Shown in pieces: positions 39,787 through 50,434 of a DNA stretch of 64,000 bases. Source of the stretch: an uncultured Verrucomicrobiae bacterium (GTDB lineage Bacteria; Verrucomicrobiota; Verrucomicrobiia; Chthoniobacterales; JAFAMB01); assembly GCA_963762565.1 (NCBI GenBank), contig CAVXLD010000010.1:288001-352000 (forward strand), given 5' to 3'. Position 1 is the first letter of the stretch, and every line of letters begins with the position of its first letter. The notes below the pieces were generated by a model that saw only the letters and a program-made list of their open reading frames with translations, did not search any database and was not told the DNA's origin. The translations under genes were made by a program, and so were the position numbers.

Positions 39787-40302
39787 CTACAACTCCCCCA
39801 ACTGCCGCAAACGCGCCCGGACCGATGCCGATTCCTCGGTTTTCGCACGTTCCAAAAGCGGCGCGATTTGACCTCGATACTTCGGATAGAGCTCGGCCAG
39901 CCGATGTAACCCGCTATAAGCCCAGGACCGAACAAACAGGTTGCGGTTTAGCGTCCATCCAACCAGCCCCTGTTTGAGCTCCGGCGCACATGAACTTGGA
40001 ATGGGCAACCCCGGTAACATCTGCAACAGATGCAATCTTGATTCCCAACGATTGACCGACATCAGTAACTCTAATAAACGCGCAACCAGCGGTTCCGGGA
40101 ATTCAGCTCCCCTCTCCTGATACCGCTTTAACAACCAAGTCGCTCCGACCTGCGAAGTTCCCTCGGCCGTTTCCGCAAACCAGACGAGATGCTGCAGAAG
40201 CTTAGTGTCGGGCGCCCAGGCCTCCGAGATCCGTACCAATCGATCGATATTCTTCCCATCAAATTCATCCAAAAGCGTATCCAGGGCAGAATAGGCAGAC
40301 AT
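39787..40302 (-). CDS. Hypothetical helical (HEAT-repeat-like) protein
   Basis: 171-aa ORF with GAGGGAAG RBS; ATWLLK, FVRSWAYSG, SASVRAR. Confidence 0.7.
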   Translation of the reverse strand: MSAYSALDTLLDEFDGKNIDRLVRISEAWAPDTKLLQHLVWFAETAEGTSQVGATWLLKRYQERGAEFPEPLVARLLELLMSVNRWESRLHLLQMLPGLPIPSSCAPELKQGLVGWTLNRNLFVRSWAYSGLHRLAELYPKYRGQIAPLLERAKTEESASVRARLRQLGEL

Positions 40303-40626
40303 CGTCTTCCCTCAATCATCGCCATGATTGGCAACGAATAGAACCGTGCTGTAACCAAATCTGATTTTCAAGCGGTAGAGATGAGCTCCCGACTACGCCA
40401 AGCCTACGTCGCGGCCAAGCTCTGCCATTTTGAACGCCTTACGACAAGGGCGCGCCATAGCGAAGCGACGGCGGCCTGCTAATCTCCCAGTTTCGCTCCA
40501 TGCCGTCCCAGAAATGAAACGACGATTGGCCTGCAACTGCCTGTCGTGAACAGCGTCCCTTCCGATCAAGCTAGCTCTTTTGCCGGATCACATCGCCAGC
40601 GACCGTTCATCCTGCATGAGAACAGC

Positions 40627-40643
40627 TTGGCACCGCCAGTGCT
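40627..40643 (+). promoter_or_regulatory. Candidate sigma54 promoter
   Basis: TTGGCAC-N5-GTGCT with exact GG-N10-GC spacing, 58 bp upstream of ATG 40702. Confidence 0.55.
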
Positions 40644-40701
40644 TAATGGGTGACTCGAGAGGCAAATCCCTCTCACCACTAATCAGAAAATCCCATACAA
40701 C

Positions 40702-40941
40702 ATGAAAAAGCTCCTCTTAACAATAACCATGGCCGTCAGCGGCCTTGGTGGTTTGGCAACTTCCGCGCAAGCGCACCCGGGTTATCACTGTGGATACCAC
40801 TACGGTTGCGGATACCGCTACGGATGCGGATACCACTACTGCTACCATGGCGGTAACTGCGGCTATTGGTATTGGAACAACGGTTGCCGTTATTTCCGCG
40901 TAGTCGTTGTACCGCCTCCTCCGGCCCCTTGGTGCCCCTAA
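40702..40941 (+). CDS. Small secreted Cys/Tyr/Gly/His-rich peptide (79 aa)
   Basis: Signal peptide MKKLLL..SAQA; (CGYxYG) repeats from 18-bp tandem DNA units. Confidence 0.75.
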   Translation: MKKLLLTITMAVSGLGGLATSAQAHPGYHCGYHYGCGYRYGCGYHYCYHGGNCGYWYWNNGCRYFRVVVVPPPPAPWCP

Positions 40942-41055
40942 GGAGTTAACCGCTAACAGTTAGCCTTTGCGGTTAATCCCATGTCGATGGAGGCCCCCAT
41001 CGACCACGGAGTTGACCGTTTGCAGTATTTAAGATTAACCGCACTAAGACAGGTA

Positions 41056-41230
41056 TTTCTTTGCGCTCTTTGCGTTCTTTCGCGGCTATTCCTCTTCCAA
41101 TCGCGAGCGACATACGAGCATAGAACGCTATGAGCAATTGGGCGTGCGTAAGGATGTTCCCTTGCTTACCACGGCCTCGCTACCTGTCGCGCCGTAGGCT
41201 GGGCGAAGGCGGAAGCGAGGCGCGCTCCAC
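41056..41230. repeat. Intact 9-mer arm (41056-41091) and GGAG-type REP split by the 32-bp micro-hairpin (41182-41213)
   Basis: TTTGCGCTCTTTGCGTTCTTTCGCGGCTATTCC; GGCCTCGCT[insert]AGCGAGGCGCGCTCCAC. Confidence 0.78.
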
Positions 41231-41236
41231 GGGTCG

Positions 41237-44200
41237 TTAACCGCCAACCGGTAACCGATCCGGCAGATAATTCAGGTTCGGTCCTAACCAGCGCTCTAGC
41301 TCCTCTAACGGCATCCCTTTCCGAACCTGATAATCTAACACTTGATCGCGATCGATCTTGCCAACACCGAAGTATTTGGCTTCAGGATGCGCAAAATAGA
41401 GGCCGCTCACGGATGCTCCCGGCCACATGGCAAAGCTCTCTGTGAGTTGGATGCCAGCATTTTCTTCAGCCTGTAGCAGGTCGAACAAAATCGCTTTCTC
41501 CGTATGGTCAGGACAGGCCGGATAACCCGCCGCCGGTCTGATGCCGCGATATTTTTCCTGGATCAGATCTTCTCTGGTCAGATGCTCGGTTAGCCCGTAC
41601 CCCCATTCGCGCCGAACCTTTTCATGCAGATATTCGGCAAACGCTTCTGCCAGCCGATCCGCCAGCGCTTTGGTCATGATCGCGTTGTAATCGTCGTGAT
41701 CCGCCTCAAATTGGCGAGCTAGTTCATCGGCCCGATGTCCGGCGGTCACTGCAAACGCACCGATATAATCCGCTCTCCCTTTCGGCGCGATATAATCAGC
41801 CAAGCAATGGTTAAACTGGCCGGCGGGTTTTTGCATCTGCTGGCGTAATTGGTGAAAGGTCGCCAAGAGTTCGGTTCGGGTTTCGTCCCCGTAAACTTCG
41901 ATATCGTCACCGATACTATTCGCCGGCCAAACACCATAAACACCCTTAGCGACTAACAACCGGCTGTTGACAATGTCCTGGAGCAGTTTCTGGGCATCCT
42001 CATACAGCAGGCGAGCTTGTTCGCCAACGTCCGGATCATCGAAAATCTTCGGGAATCGGCCCCTGAGCTCCCAGGTGTGGAAAAAGGGAGACCAATCAAT
42101 ATACGGTACCAGTTCATCTAATGATTGGTTAGCAAGCACCTGAACTCCGAGAACGCTCGGTTTATCGATAGAGGTGCTCGTCCAATCAAAGACCGGCTTC
42201 CGGTTACGCGCTTCTTCGATGGTGAGTAATTGCTTTTCTGCGGTTCGCCGAAGGAATTCTTCGCGCAGATGCTCCTGCTCCTTTGTGTTCTTACTAACGA
42301 ACTCTGGGCGTAACTCCTCACTGATTAGCGAACCAACCACGTTCACCGCGCGGGATGCATCCAACACATGGATCGTCGGACCGCTATAATGCGGAGCGAT
42401 TTTCACAGCGGTGTGGGCTTTGCTGGTGGTTGCCCCACCGATGAGCAACGGCAGCGTATACCCCAGCCGCTCCATTTCCTGAGCTACGTGCGCCATCTCG
42501 TCCAAAGACGGCGTGATCAAACCGCTGAGACCGATAATGTCTGCGTGCTCGGCTGCCGCTGCCTCGAAGATTTTCTCGGCCGGAACCATCACCCCCAAGT
42601 CTTTTACCTCGAAGTTATTGCAGGCTAACACGACGCCCACGATGTTTTTGCCGATATCATGAACATCGCCTTTCACTGTCGCCAGCACCACTTTTCCCTG
42701 CGAACGTCGAGTGGGCGAGCTCGCCTGCTCCGCTTCCATGTAGGGCAACAGGTAAGCCACCGATTTCTTCATCACTCGGGCGCTCTTTACCACCTGCGGC
42801 AGAAACATTTTACCTGCGCCGAATAGATCGCCCACTACGCTCATGCCACCCATCAACGGGCCTTCAATCACCGAGAGTGGTCTGCCGTATTTTTGAAGGG
42901 CTTCAGCCGTATCCGCATCGATGTATTCGACGATTCCCTTGATCAAGGCATGAGAAAGCCGCTCTTCAACCGTGCTCGATCGCCAGGCTTCATCTTTCGC
43001 CTGTGCTTTCCCGCTGCTCTTGACCCGTTCTGCATACTCAACCAGGCGTTCCGTCGCATCTTTCCGACGGTTTAAGAGCACATCTTCAACCGACTCCAAT
43101 AATTCCGGCGGGATCGCTTCGTATACGGCCAGTTGCCCGGCGTTCACAATCCCCATATCCAAGCCCGCCGCGATCGCATGATACAAAAAGGCGGCATGAA
43201 TCGCCTCGCGCACCGCATTATTTCCCCGGAACGAGAATGAAATATTGCTTACACCGCCGCTCACCCGGCAATGAGGCAAATGCTGTTTGATCCATTTCGT
43301 CGCTTCGATAAACGCGATCGCGTATTCCGCATGCTCTTCGAGGCCGGTCCCTACCGTGAGGATGTTCGGATCGAAAATGATATCCTGCGGCGGGAATCCG
43401 ATTTCTTCGGTTAGGATCCGATAGACCCGGGCGCAGATCTCGGTCTTGCGAGCGAAGGTGTCTGCTTGGCCGGACTCGTCAAACGCCATCACTACTACCG
43501 CGGCGCCGTAACGACGGACAAGCTGCGCTTGGCTCCGAAACTTCTCTTCGCCTTCCTTCAGGCTGATCGAGTTTACAATCCCTTTTCCTTGGATCGATTG
43601 GAGGCCGGCTTCGAGGACACTCCATTTAGAGCTGTCAACCATCACTGGTACCCGAGAGATATCCGGTTCAGCAGCCACCAGGTTCAAAAACTTCCTCATG
43701 GAGGCTTCCGAATCGATCATCCCTTCATCCATGTTGATGTCGATGATGTTGGCTCCACCCTCGACCTGCTGCCTGGCAACAGCCAAAGCCCCTTCAAAAT
43801 CGCCGCCAAGAATTAACTTCGAAAATTTGGGCGAACCGGTGATGTTGGTACGCTCACCGATCATGGTGAACCCGATCCCGAATGTGTACGGCTCAAGGCC
43901 GCTGAGCTGGGTACGAACCTCGAGCTTGGGCAATGCTCGCGGCGGTAGACCAGCGACTGCCTTAGCCAGCATCTCAATGTGAGCCGGGGTGGTGCCGCAA
44001 CAGCCGCCAACAATGTTCAGCCAACCGAGTTCCGCCCATTCCATTAGTTGCGGCGTCAACGATTCCGGAGTTTCGGGAAACCCGGTCGGCGACAACGGAT
44101 CGGGCAAACCCGCATTGGGATAGCAAGAGACGTAGATTGGAGCTATCCGCGCGAGTTCTTCGATATAAGGACGCAGTTCTTTCGGCCCAAGTGCGCAGTT

Positions 44201-44950
44201 CAACCCCACGCTAAGAAGCGGCGCGTGGGAGATTGAGATCCAAAAAGCTTCTGTCGTTTGCCCAGTTAACGTCCGGCCGCTGGCATCGGTGATTGTGCCG
44301 GACGCCATCACCGGAACTCGGAACCCGAGCTCGGCAAATAACTCTTCGATGGCAAACAGCGCTGCCTTGAGATTCAGGGTATCGAAGGTCGTCTCGACCA
44401 GAAGCAGGTCAGCTCCTCCCTCGATCAACGACCTGGCTTGTTCGGCATACGCCTCTTTGACCTGCGCCCAGGTCACCTCGCGTTTACCGGGATCATTGAC
44501 GTCCCGGGAGATCGACAACGTACGATTCAGGGGTCCGATAGAACCAGCCACATACCGGCGATGTCCCGGATCTTTGTCCATCACCTCCCGGACCGCGTCT
44601 TTAGCCAGCTTCGCTGCCGCTCGGTTGATTTCAGGCACATAACGTTCGAGCGCAAAGTCCGATTGCGCGATAACCGTGGCGTTGAACGTATTGGTCTCGA
44701 TGATATCAGCGCCAGCCTCGAGATATTCGACGTGGATCTGCCGGATGATCTCCGGTCGGGTCAGACAGAGGACATCGTTATTATTCTTGAGCGAAGCCGG
44801 GTGGTCCCGAAGAAGATCACCCCGATAATCTTCCTCTTTCAGTTTGAAGCGCTGAATCATGGTCCCCATCGCGCCGTCGAGGATCACAATCCTTTTGGCG
44901 AGGAGATCAACGATATCAAAGGCATCAGAATGGCGAAGATTGTCCGGCAT
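41237..44950 (-). CDS. metH: Cobalamin-dependent methionine synthase
   Basis: [40 protein letters not shown]. Confidence 0.97.
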   Translation of the reverse strand: MPDNLRHSDAFDIVDLLAKRIVILDGAMGTMIQRFKLKEEDYRGDLLRDHPASLKNNNDVLCLTRPEIIRQIHVEYLEAGADIIETNTFNATVIAQSDFALERYVPEINRAAAKLAKDAVREVMDKDPGHRRYVAGSIGPLNRTLSISRDVNDPGKREVTWAQVKEAYAEQARSLIEGGADLLLVETTFDTLNLKAALFAIEELFAELGFRVPVMASGTITDASGRTLTGQTTEAFWISISHAPLLSVGLNCALGPKELRPYIEELARIAPIYVSCYPNAGLPDPLSPTGFPETPESLTPQLMEWAELGWLNIVGGCCGTTPAHIEMLAKAVAGLPPRALPKLEVRTQLSGLEPYTFGIGFTMIGERTNITGSPKFSKLILGGDFEGALAVARQQVEGGANIIDINMDEGMIDSEASMRKFLNLVAAEPDISRVPVMVDSSKWSVLEAGLQSIQGKGIVNSISLKEGEEKFRSQAQLVRRYGAAVVVMAFDESGQADTFARKTEICARVYRILTEEIGFPPQDIIFDPNILTVGTGLEEHAEYAIAFIEATKWIKQHLPHCRVSGGVSNISFSFRGNNAVREAIHAAFLYHAIAAGLDMGIVNAGQLAVYEAIPPELLESVEDVLLNRRKDATERLVEYAERVKSSGKAQAKDEAWRSSTVEERLSHALIKGIVEYIDADTAEALQKYGRPLSVIEGPLMGGMSVVGDLFGAGKMFLPQVVKSARVMKKSVAYLLPYMEAEQASSPTRRSQGKVVLATVKGDVHDIGKNIVGVVLACNNFEVKDLGVMVPAEKIFEAAAAEHADIIGLSGLITPSLDEMAHVAQEMERLGYTLPLLIGGATTSKAHTAVKIAPHYSGPTIHVLDASRAVNVVGSLISEELRPEFVSKNTKEQEHLREEFLRRTAEKQLLTIEEARNRKPVFDWTSTSIDKPSVLGVQVLANQSLDELVPYIDWSPFFHTWELRGRFPKIFDDPDVGEQARLLYEDAQKLLQDIVNSRLLVAKGVYGVWPANSIGDDIEVYGDETRTELLATFHQLRQQMQKPAGQFNHCLADYIAPKGRADYIGAFAVTAGHRADELARQFEADHDDYNAIMTKALADRLAEAFAEYLHEKVRREWGYGLTEHLTREDLIQEKYRGIRPAAGYPACPDHTEKAILFDLLQAEENAGIQLTESFAMWPGASVSGLYFAHPEAKYFGVGKIDRDQVLDYQVRKGMPLEELERWLGPNLNYLPDRLPVGG

Positions 44951-45087
44951 ACCTTAAAAAACCTGTAACATCAGCAGGACGGTGGCGCAACGAATAGATT
45001 GATTTATCATGATGGATTGATGGGTTGCTTGATGCGCGTACTTTTTTTGGTAGATCGTTACCTGAAAATACAACAAAGATGGCTTAC

Positions 45088-45368
45088 TCGTAATCGTCGT
45101 CGTCCTCGAGAAATGTGTTTTGCCTAGCGCATTGCTCTCACCCAGGATTCAATTTGCCCAGCGTGCCTGGAGGGGAGCCGCTTTGTCGGTTGGCAAGTCT
45201 ATCGGTTGCGAGCAGGCGGCTCCCGGGAATGACCCGGCGCACCGCTTTTGCCGAGCGCGAATCCCTCGTTAGATCTGTGGTTCCCATCTGGCTGATAGAA
45301 CTTCCAAGTCCTCGGTCATTCCCGGGTGCCGTCTGCTGGCCCCGAAAGCTTTCGGAGGACGATTACGA
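45088..45368. repeat. CGTC arms enclosing a one-ended family A element
   Basis: TCGTAATCGTCGTCGTCCTCG / GAGGACGATTACGA; GGAG arm at 45169, right outer half-site absent. Confidence 0.75.
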
Positions 45369-45387
45369 AAAAAACCGCGGCCAGTCC

Positions 45388-46233
45388 TTATTTTCCCAGA
45401 AGCAACACATCCAGCCCAACCGCCAGGACAAAAACCACACTGACAAACGCGTTGCTCTGGAAGAACGCCCGATTGATCCCCGCCAGATCCAGATTAGCTG
45501 CCGCTCGGTGTTCGTAAAATAGCGCGCCGCCAACCGCCAGCAGCGAAAGATAATAAATCCAGCCCAGGTTGCTCACTAACCCGAACCCAAGCAGGCAGAG
45601 CAGCAGAATAACATGCATCCCCTGAGCTAGCCGAAGACTCGCGGGTACTCCGTACCGGACCACCATCGAGTGCAGACCCTGTTGCCGGTCGAACTCATAG
45701 TCTTGAGTCGCGTAAATCAGGTCGAAGCCGCCCACCCAAAAGATGACGCCGAGAGCCAAAATAATCGGAGGCCAGGCAAATTGGCCGCGCACAGCTAACC
45801 AAGCGCCGACCGGAGCAATCGCTAACGAAAGCCCCAAGAAAAACTGGGTGTATGACGTAAATCGTTTTGTGAACGAATAAAGAAAGATCACCGCCAGAGC
45901 GACCGGCGACAAAAGAAAACAAACCGGGTTGACGAAGGAACAGATCACGAGAAACGCCAGACTTGAGAACCCGACCAAGCCGTAAGCAGTCGCCTTTGAC
46001 ACAAGCTTATGCCGGCCGGCAGTCCGCGGGTTCAGTTTGTCCATTTCCCAATCGGCGATCCGGTTGAACGCCATGGCCGCCGTTCGGGCGAAGACCATGG
46101 CTAGGAGAATCAACCCGATCGTGACCAGACTCGGCAGTCCTTTTGCGGCGACCAGCATCGACCCCACCGCAAAAGGCAGCGCGAATACCGTGTGAGAGAA
46201 GCGGATAAATTTTAGAATGCGCTGCAGCATCAT
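45388..46233 (-). CDS. UbiA-family polyprenyltransferase (MqnP-like)
   Basis: FSHTVFALPF, ARTAAMAFNRIAD, NPRT, YSFTKRFT, FDLIYATQD; ATG 46233. Confidence 0.9.
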   Translation of the reverse strand: MMLQRILKFIRFSHTVFALPFAVGSMLVAAKGLPSLVTIGLILLAMVFARTAAMAFNRIADWEMDKLNPRTAGRHKLVSKATAYGLVGFSSLAFLVICSFVNPVCFLLSPVALAVIFLYSFTKRFTSYTQFFLGLSLAIAPVGAWLAVRGQFAWPPIILALGVIFWVGGFDLIYATQDYEFDRQQGLHSMVVRYGVPASLRLAQGMHVILLLCLLGFGLVSNLGWIYYLSLLAVGGALFYEHRAAANLDLAGINRAFFQSNAFVSVVFVLAVGLDVLLLGK

Positions 46234-46236
46234 TTG

Positions 46237-46909
46237 GTAGGGCGAGGCTCCTATGACGCCTAAAATGGATCGCAACGCAACCGTTCTCAATTTTACCCGG
46301 TGACGAATTACACCTGAACGCTGCCGAGCCGTCGGCCCCAACGTTTACGCCGCACCACGCCAATACTCCTTCACTCCGCTGGCGCAGATTCGAGGACGAC
46401 GAGTAACTCAGAAACGCTGCGCATTCAAAGGCTGGGAAATGAACGGGATAGAGTTCGTGAACGCTCTTCGTGGACGAGCACCAAAGGCCTGGAGGGGAGC
46501 CGCTTTGTAGGTCAGCAGCTCTATCGGGCGGCAGCCACTGAAAGCCTTCGGGGTAGACAGGCGGCTCCCGGGCACGGTCCAGCGCTAGGCAGTTCTGGAG
46601 GCGGCTTCCAAATCGGCGGGTTCTCCACCACGTCCTTTGTATGGCTAACGGTGGGTAATTCCCGGAAGCCGCCTGTCTACCCCGAAGGCTTTCGGTGGCT
46701 GCCGCCCGATAGAACTGCCACCTTACAAAGCGGCTCCCCTCCAGGCGTTGGGCGAGCGACGACGCGTGTTCTTTCGGGAGAACCAAGCGCCGGGTGACTT
46801 GCCACGCCCTGGGACCGGCTCGGCAACCCGTAGGCATCGGAACATAACAAATCGGATCAGATCAATTTCTTCGGGAATCTTCTAAGGTTGTTCGGGAGCC
46901 TCGCCCTAC
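46237..46909. repeat. ~670-bp nested palindrome: family B > 8-mer/CGTC arms > family A (46491-46742)
   Basis: GTAGGGCGAGGCTCC/GGAGCCTCGCCCTAC ends, inner GCCGAGCCG/CGGCTCGGC, family A core with 23-bp inserts in both arms. Confidence 0.85.
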
Positions 46910-46912
46910 CAG

Positions 46913-48199
46913 CTATTTGCTATTCTGCGCCGCCCTGAACACCCCATAGATCAGCCGCGCGCCCTTCGAATACGTCAGGTACGCCCACGCCCATTGGAGG
47001 AAGACAAAAACCTGGTTTCTGAATCCGATCAGAAAGATCAGGTGGATAAAGAGCCAACTGAGCCAGGCGAGAAATCCGCCAAAACGGACCACCTTAAGAT
47101 CCGCTATCGCTCGATTGCGACCGATGGTGGCCATTTGCCCTTTATCATGATAGCGAAAGGGCAACATCGGCCGGCCCTCGGCCGCCGCTAGAATGTTCCT
47201 GGCTGCGTGACGGCCCATCTGCATTGCCACCGGGCAGACTCCAGGAAGCGGTTCGCCGGTTTGATAGGTGAAAACCGCCATATCGCCAATCACGAAAATC
47301 TCTGGATGCCCCGGAACGGTCAGGTCTTCGTTCACCTTAACCCGGCCGGCGCGGTCGAGCTCAACTCCCAGACTCTTGCCCAACGGCGAAGCCGCATTAC
47401 CCGCCGCCCACACAATGGTCCGGGCGGGAATTAGCTCGTCGCCGACGTACACACCATCAGGTCCGACGTCTTTCACCATGACCCCGGTCCGGACTTCCAC
47501 CTTAAGTTGCCCCAATTGTTTGCGAGCAGATTCGGATAACCCCGGCGTAAAAGCCGGCAATACCCGGGGAGCAGCATCCACCAGCACGATTCGCGCATCC
47601 TTTGGGTTAACGTGATGGAAATCATCCGCCAGACTCTTGTGCGCCAGCTCAGCAATAGCGCCGGCCATCTCAACCCCAGTTGGTCCAGCGCCCACCACCA
47701 CAAAGGTCAACGCTTTCTGGCGTTCGGCGGCGGTCTCCGCGATTTCGGCTGCTTCGAACGCAAACAGAATCCGGCGCCGCAGTTCCAATACGTCCGGCAG
47801 ATTCTTCAAGCCTGGCGCGAACTGTTCCCATCCGTCGTGGCCAAAATACGAATGGCGCGCGCCAGCCGCCACGATCAGATAATCGTAGGGAACTTTTCGG
47901 TCTGCACAGACCACCGCCTTTTCGGCGACATCAATTCGATCAGCATTGGCCAGCACAACCTCCAGGTTCTCGGCGTGCTTCAGAATGTGGCGAATTGGTT
48001 GGGCAATATCTCCGGGAGAAAGCCCGGCTGTAGCCACCTGATAAAGTAGCGGCTGAAATAAGTGATGATTGGTTCGATCCAACAGAATCATCGAGACCGG
48101 TTTGTTCGCCAATTCTTTGGCTGCATACAGCCCACCGAAACCGCCACCGATGATAACAACTCGCGGTGTTTTCTTGCGTTCAACAGACTCAGCATTCAT
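46913..48199 (-). CDS. ndh: Type II NADH:quinone oxidoreductase
   Basis: GGGFGG, FQPLLYQVAT, GAGPTGVE, IGD, YHDKGQMATIGR. Confidence 0.92.
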   Translation of the reverse strand: MNAESVERKKTPRVVIIGGGFGGLYAAKELANKPVSMILLDRTNHHLFQPLLYQVATAGLSPGDIAQPIRHILKHAENLEVVLANADRIDVAEKAVVCADRKVPYDYLIVAAGARHSYFGHDGWEQFAPGLKNLPDVLELRRRILFAFEAAEIAETAAERQKALTFVVVGAGPTGVEMAGAIAELAHKSLADDFHHVNPKDARIVLVDAAPRVLPAFTPGLSESARKQLGQLKVEVRTGVMVKDVGPDGVYVGDELIPARTIVWAAGNAASPLGKSLGVELDRAGRVKVNEDLTVPGHPEIFVIGDMAVFTYQTGEPLPGVCPVAMQMGRHAARNILAAAEGRPMLPFRYHDKGQMATIGRNRAIADLKVVRFGGFLAWLSWLFIHLIFLIGFRNQVFVFLQWAWAYLTYSKGARLIYGVFRAAQNSK

Positions 48200-48285
48200 A
48201 GAAATTAATTCGCCACTGCAACTCGGGACGTGCGGGTTGCACTTAATTTAATATGGTGACGCGGTAGCGAATCAATTTCCACTGC

Positions 48286-48303
48286 TTGTGAAAAATTTCA
48301 CAA
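48286..48303. promoter_or_regulatory. Rex-type operator TTGTGAA-AAAT-TTCACAA
   Basis: Perfect match to the Rex consensus TTGTGAA-N4-TTCACAA, between divergent ndh and nuoD. Confidence 0.8.
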
Positions 48304-48387
48304 ATAATCGCTTGCGGCTCTGTTTTGGTGATCCTTAACTGTTAATGGCTGGCCCCGGGTCCGTCGACTCGGCGTCTTTTGAACCTT

Positions 48388-49638
48388 ATGGCTACCTCCC
48401 ACACAATCGAAACCCCGGATACCTTGGCTCGCACGGCCAAGTCATTGGAAACAATCAGTGATTCGGAGCTCCTCGGCGAAAAGCTCGTTATTAATATGGG
48501 CCCCTCCCATCCGGCAACTCATGGGGTCCTAAGAATCGTTCTGGAGCTGGATGGAGAAATCATTACCAAAGCCATACCTGACATCGGTTACCTCCATCGC
48601 GGCGACGAAAAGATCGCCGAGAATATGCAGTTTAACCAGTTTGTCCCGTACACAGACCGGTTAGACTATCTGGCCCCGCTGGCGAACAATGTAGCTTACG
48701 CCCTGGCCGTCGAGAAGCTCATGGGTTGGGAGCTTCCGCCGAGAGGAAAAGCGATTCGGGTGATCGCTTGCGAAGTTGCCCGGATATCCTCTCACCTCTT
48801 GGGCTTGGGTGCCTTCGCAATGGACGTGGGCGCCACCACCGTCTTCCTTTACACGTTCACCGAGCGAGAGAAACTTTATAACCTGATTGAGCTCCTTACC
48901 GGAGCCAGATTTACGACCTCATATACTCGGATCGGGGGACAGATCCGAGACCTGCCCGATGGGTTTATCCCGGCTCTAAAGAAATTTCTGGACGAATTCA
49001 TCCCGCAACTGAATGAACTCGACCGGTTACTGACTCGTAATCGGATCTGGGTTGACCGGACTAAAGGGCTCGGCGTGATCTCGAAGGAGGACGCAATCAG
49101 TTTTGCGATCACCGGCCCAAACATCCGCGGTTCAGGCATCGACTACGATGTCCGCAAAGCTCGCCCGTACCTCGACTACGATAAGTACGACTTCGATATC
49201 CCGATTGGCACGGTTGGGGATGCCTACGACCGGTACCTGGTGAGGATCGAAGAGATGCGGCAGAGCGTAAACATCCTCAGGCAAGTCATAGAGAAGTTGC
49301 CCGCCGGTCCCATCGACGTTCGCGATCCGAAGAACATGCCGCCGCCTAAGACCGAAGTACTGATGAAAATGGAGGAGCTAATCCATCATTTCATTATTCA
49401 TACCGAAGGAATTGATGCGCCGGTCGGCGAGGTTTATTTCGGCGCTGAGAATCCGAAAGGGGAGTTGGGTTTTTATATCAACAGTAAAGGAGGAGGTGTC
49501 CCCTATCGGTTAAAAATCAGGGCTCCTTCCTTCGTGAACCTAAGTATCTTGTCGAAGATTTTGCCGGGTCACATGATGTCTGATGTGGTCGCGATTTTAG
49601 GCAGTCTTGATTTTGTGATGGGCGAATGTGATCGCTAG
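48388..49638 (+). CDS. nuoD: NADH-quinone oxidoreductase subunit D
   Basis: NMGPSHPATHGVLR, GYLHRG, DRLDY, DFVMGECDR. Confidence 0.96.
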   Translation: MATSHTIETPDTLARTAKSLETISDSELLGEKLVINMGPSHPATHGVLRIVLELDGEIITKAIPDIGYLHRGDEKIAENMQFNQFVPYTDRLDYLAPLANNVAYALAVEKLMGWELPPRGKAIRVIACEVARISSHLLGLGAFAMDVGATTVFLYTFTEREKLYNLIELLTGARFTTSYTRIGGQIRDLPDGFIPALKKFLDEFIPQLNELDRLLTRNRIWVDRTKGLGVISKEDAISFAITGPNIRGSGIDYDVRKARPYLDYDKYDFDIPIGTVGDAYDRYLVRIEEMRQSVNILRQVIEKLPAGPIDVRDPKNMPPPKTEVLMKMEELIHHFIIHTEGIDAPVGEVYFGAENPKGELGFYINSKGGGVPYRLKIRAPSFVNLSILSKILPGHMMSDVVAILGSLDFVMGECDR

Positions 49639-49642
49639 GCAT

Positions 49643-49936
49643 ATGCGAACCGCGTACCTCATCGTCGGGTTATGCGCGGTGCTATTAGCGGGAGGTTGCA
49701 AACGAGAAATTGCGAACCGCAACCTGGTGCAGGTAAAGAGGAACATGAGCCCGAAGGAAGTGGAGACGATCCTTGGGCAACCAGACTCGACGGATCGGAA
49801 AGACGACGATGGCGACGGTGAAAAAAAATATGCAGGGTTGGTCACTTACTACTATCTCCAGGATGGACAGAAGATCGCTCTTCAGTTTTTTAACGGTCAT
49901 CTTGTTCGTGAACCGGATCTTTTGAAAGAACACTAG
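49643..49936 (+). CDS. Small lipoprotein (SmpA/BamE-like motif) inside the nuo operon
   Basis: Lipobox LLAGGC; MSPKEVETILGQPD. Confidence 0.75.
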   Translation: MRTAYLIVGLCAVLLAGGCKREIANRNLVQVKRNMSPKEVETILGQPDSTDRKDDDGDGEKKYAGLVTYYYLQDGQKIALQFFNGHLVREPDLLKEH

Positions 49937-49938
49937 GC

Positions 49939-50433
49939 ATGGAAATTCCCCAGGAGTTAGCAGATCACATCGACGAAGTGATCACGCATTACCCGGTGTC
50001 AAAACGAAGCGCTACGCTTCCTCTGCTTCACCTGATACAAGAGCACTTCGGTTATATCAGTGACGAAGCAATCACCTGGGTGGCAGCGAAGCTCGAGTTA
50101 GAGCCGATCAACATTCTCGAACTGGTCACCTTCTACCCGATGTTCCGGCAAAGCCCGCCAGGGAAACATCACATCCGGGTTTGCCGGACCTTATCCTGCG
50201 CGATGGCCGGGAGTTACTCTTTGCTTGATACGTTTTGCAAGCACGCCAATATCGAGAAACCGGCCGGCAACCATCACGCCCATCTGCTTAAGGGCGCGGA
50301 CGGAAAATACAGCATCGAATTTGTGGAATGCCTGGCCAGCTGCGGAACGGGGCCGGTCTGCATGATCAATGATGACTTCTACGAAGCGGTTTCTGAGGAC
50401 AGTGTCCCTGAATTACTAAAGAAATATCAGTGA
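49939..50433 (+). CDS. nuoE: NADH-quinone oxidoreductase subunit E
   Basis: VTFYPMF, CRTLSC, ECLASC. Confidence 0.94.
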   Translation: MEIPQELADHIDEVITHYPVSKRSATLPLLHLIQEHFGYISDEAITWVAAKLELEPINILELVTFYPMFRQSPPGKHHIRVCRTLSCAMAGSYSLLDTFCKHANIEKPAGNHHAHLLKGADGKYSIEFVECLASCGTGPVCMINDDFYEAVSEDSVPELLKKYQ

Positions 50434-50434
50434 T

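Noticed and set aside
40945..41045. Possible ncRNA (TTAACCGC repeats and hairpins)
   Set aside because: Explained adequately as terminator-like hairpins between convergent genes; no family features recognised
44951..45087. SAM or cobalamin riboswitch before metH
   Set aside because: No recognisable conserved core and little room; not tested with a covariance model
10665..46837. Short ORFs with recurring peptides GGEPL, LEGSRF or LQSGSPP (e.g. 10665-10889, 11656-11886, 27245-27484, 39424-39747, 45115-45522, 46007-46837)
   Set aside because: They are translations of family A repeats in all frames and both strands, not a protein family
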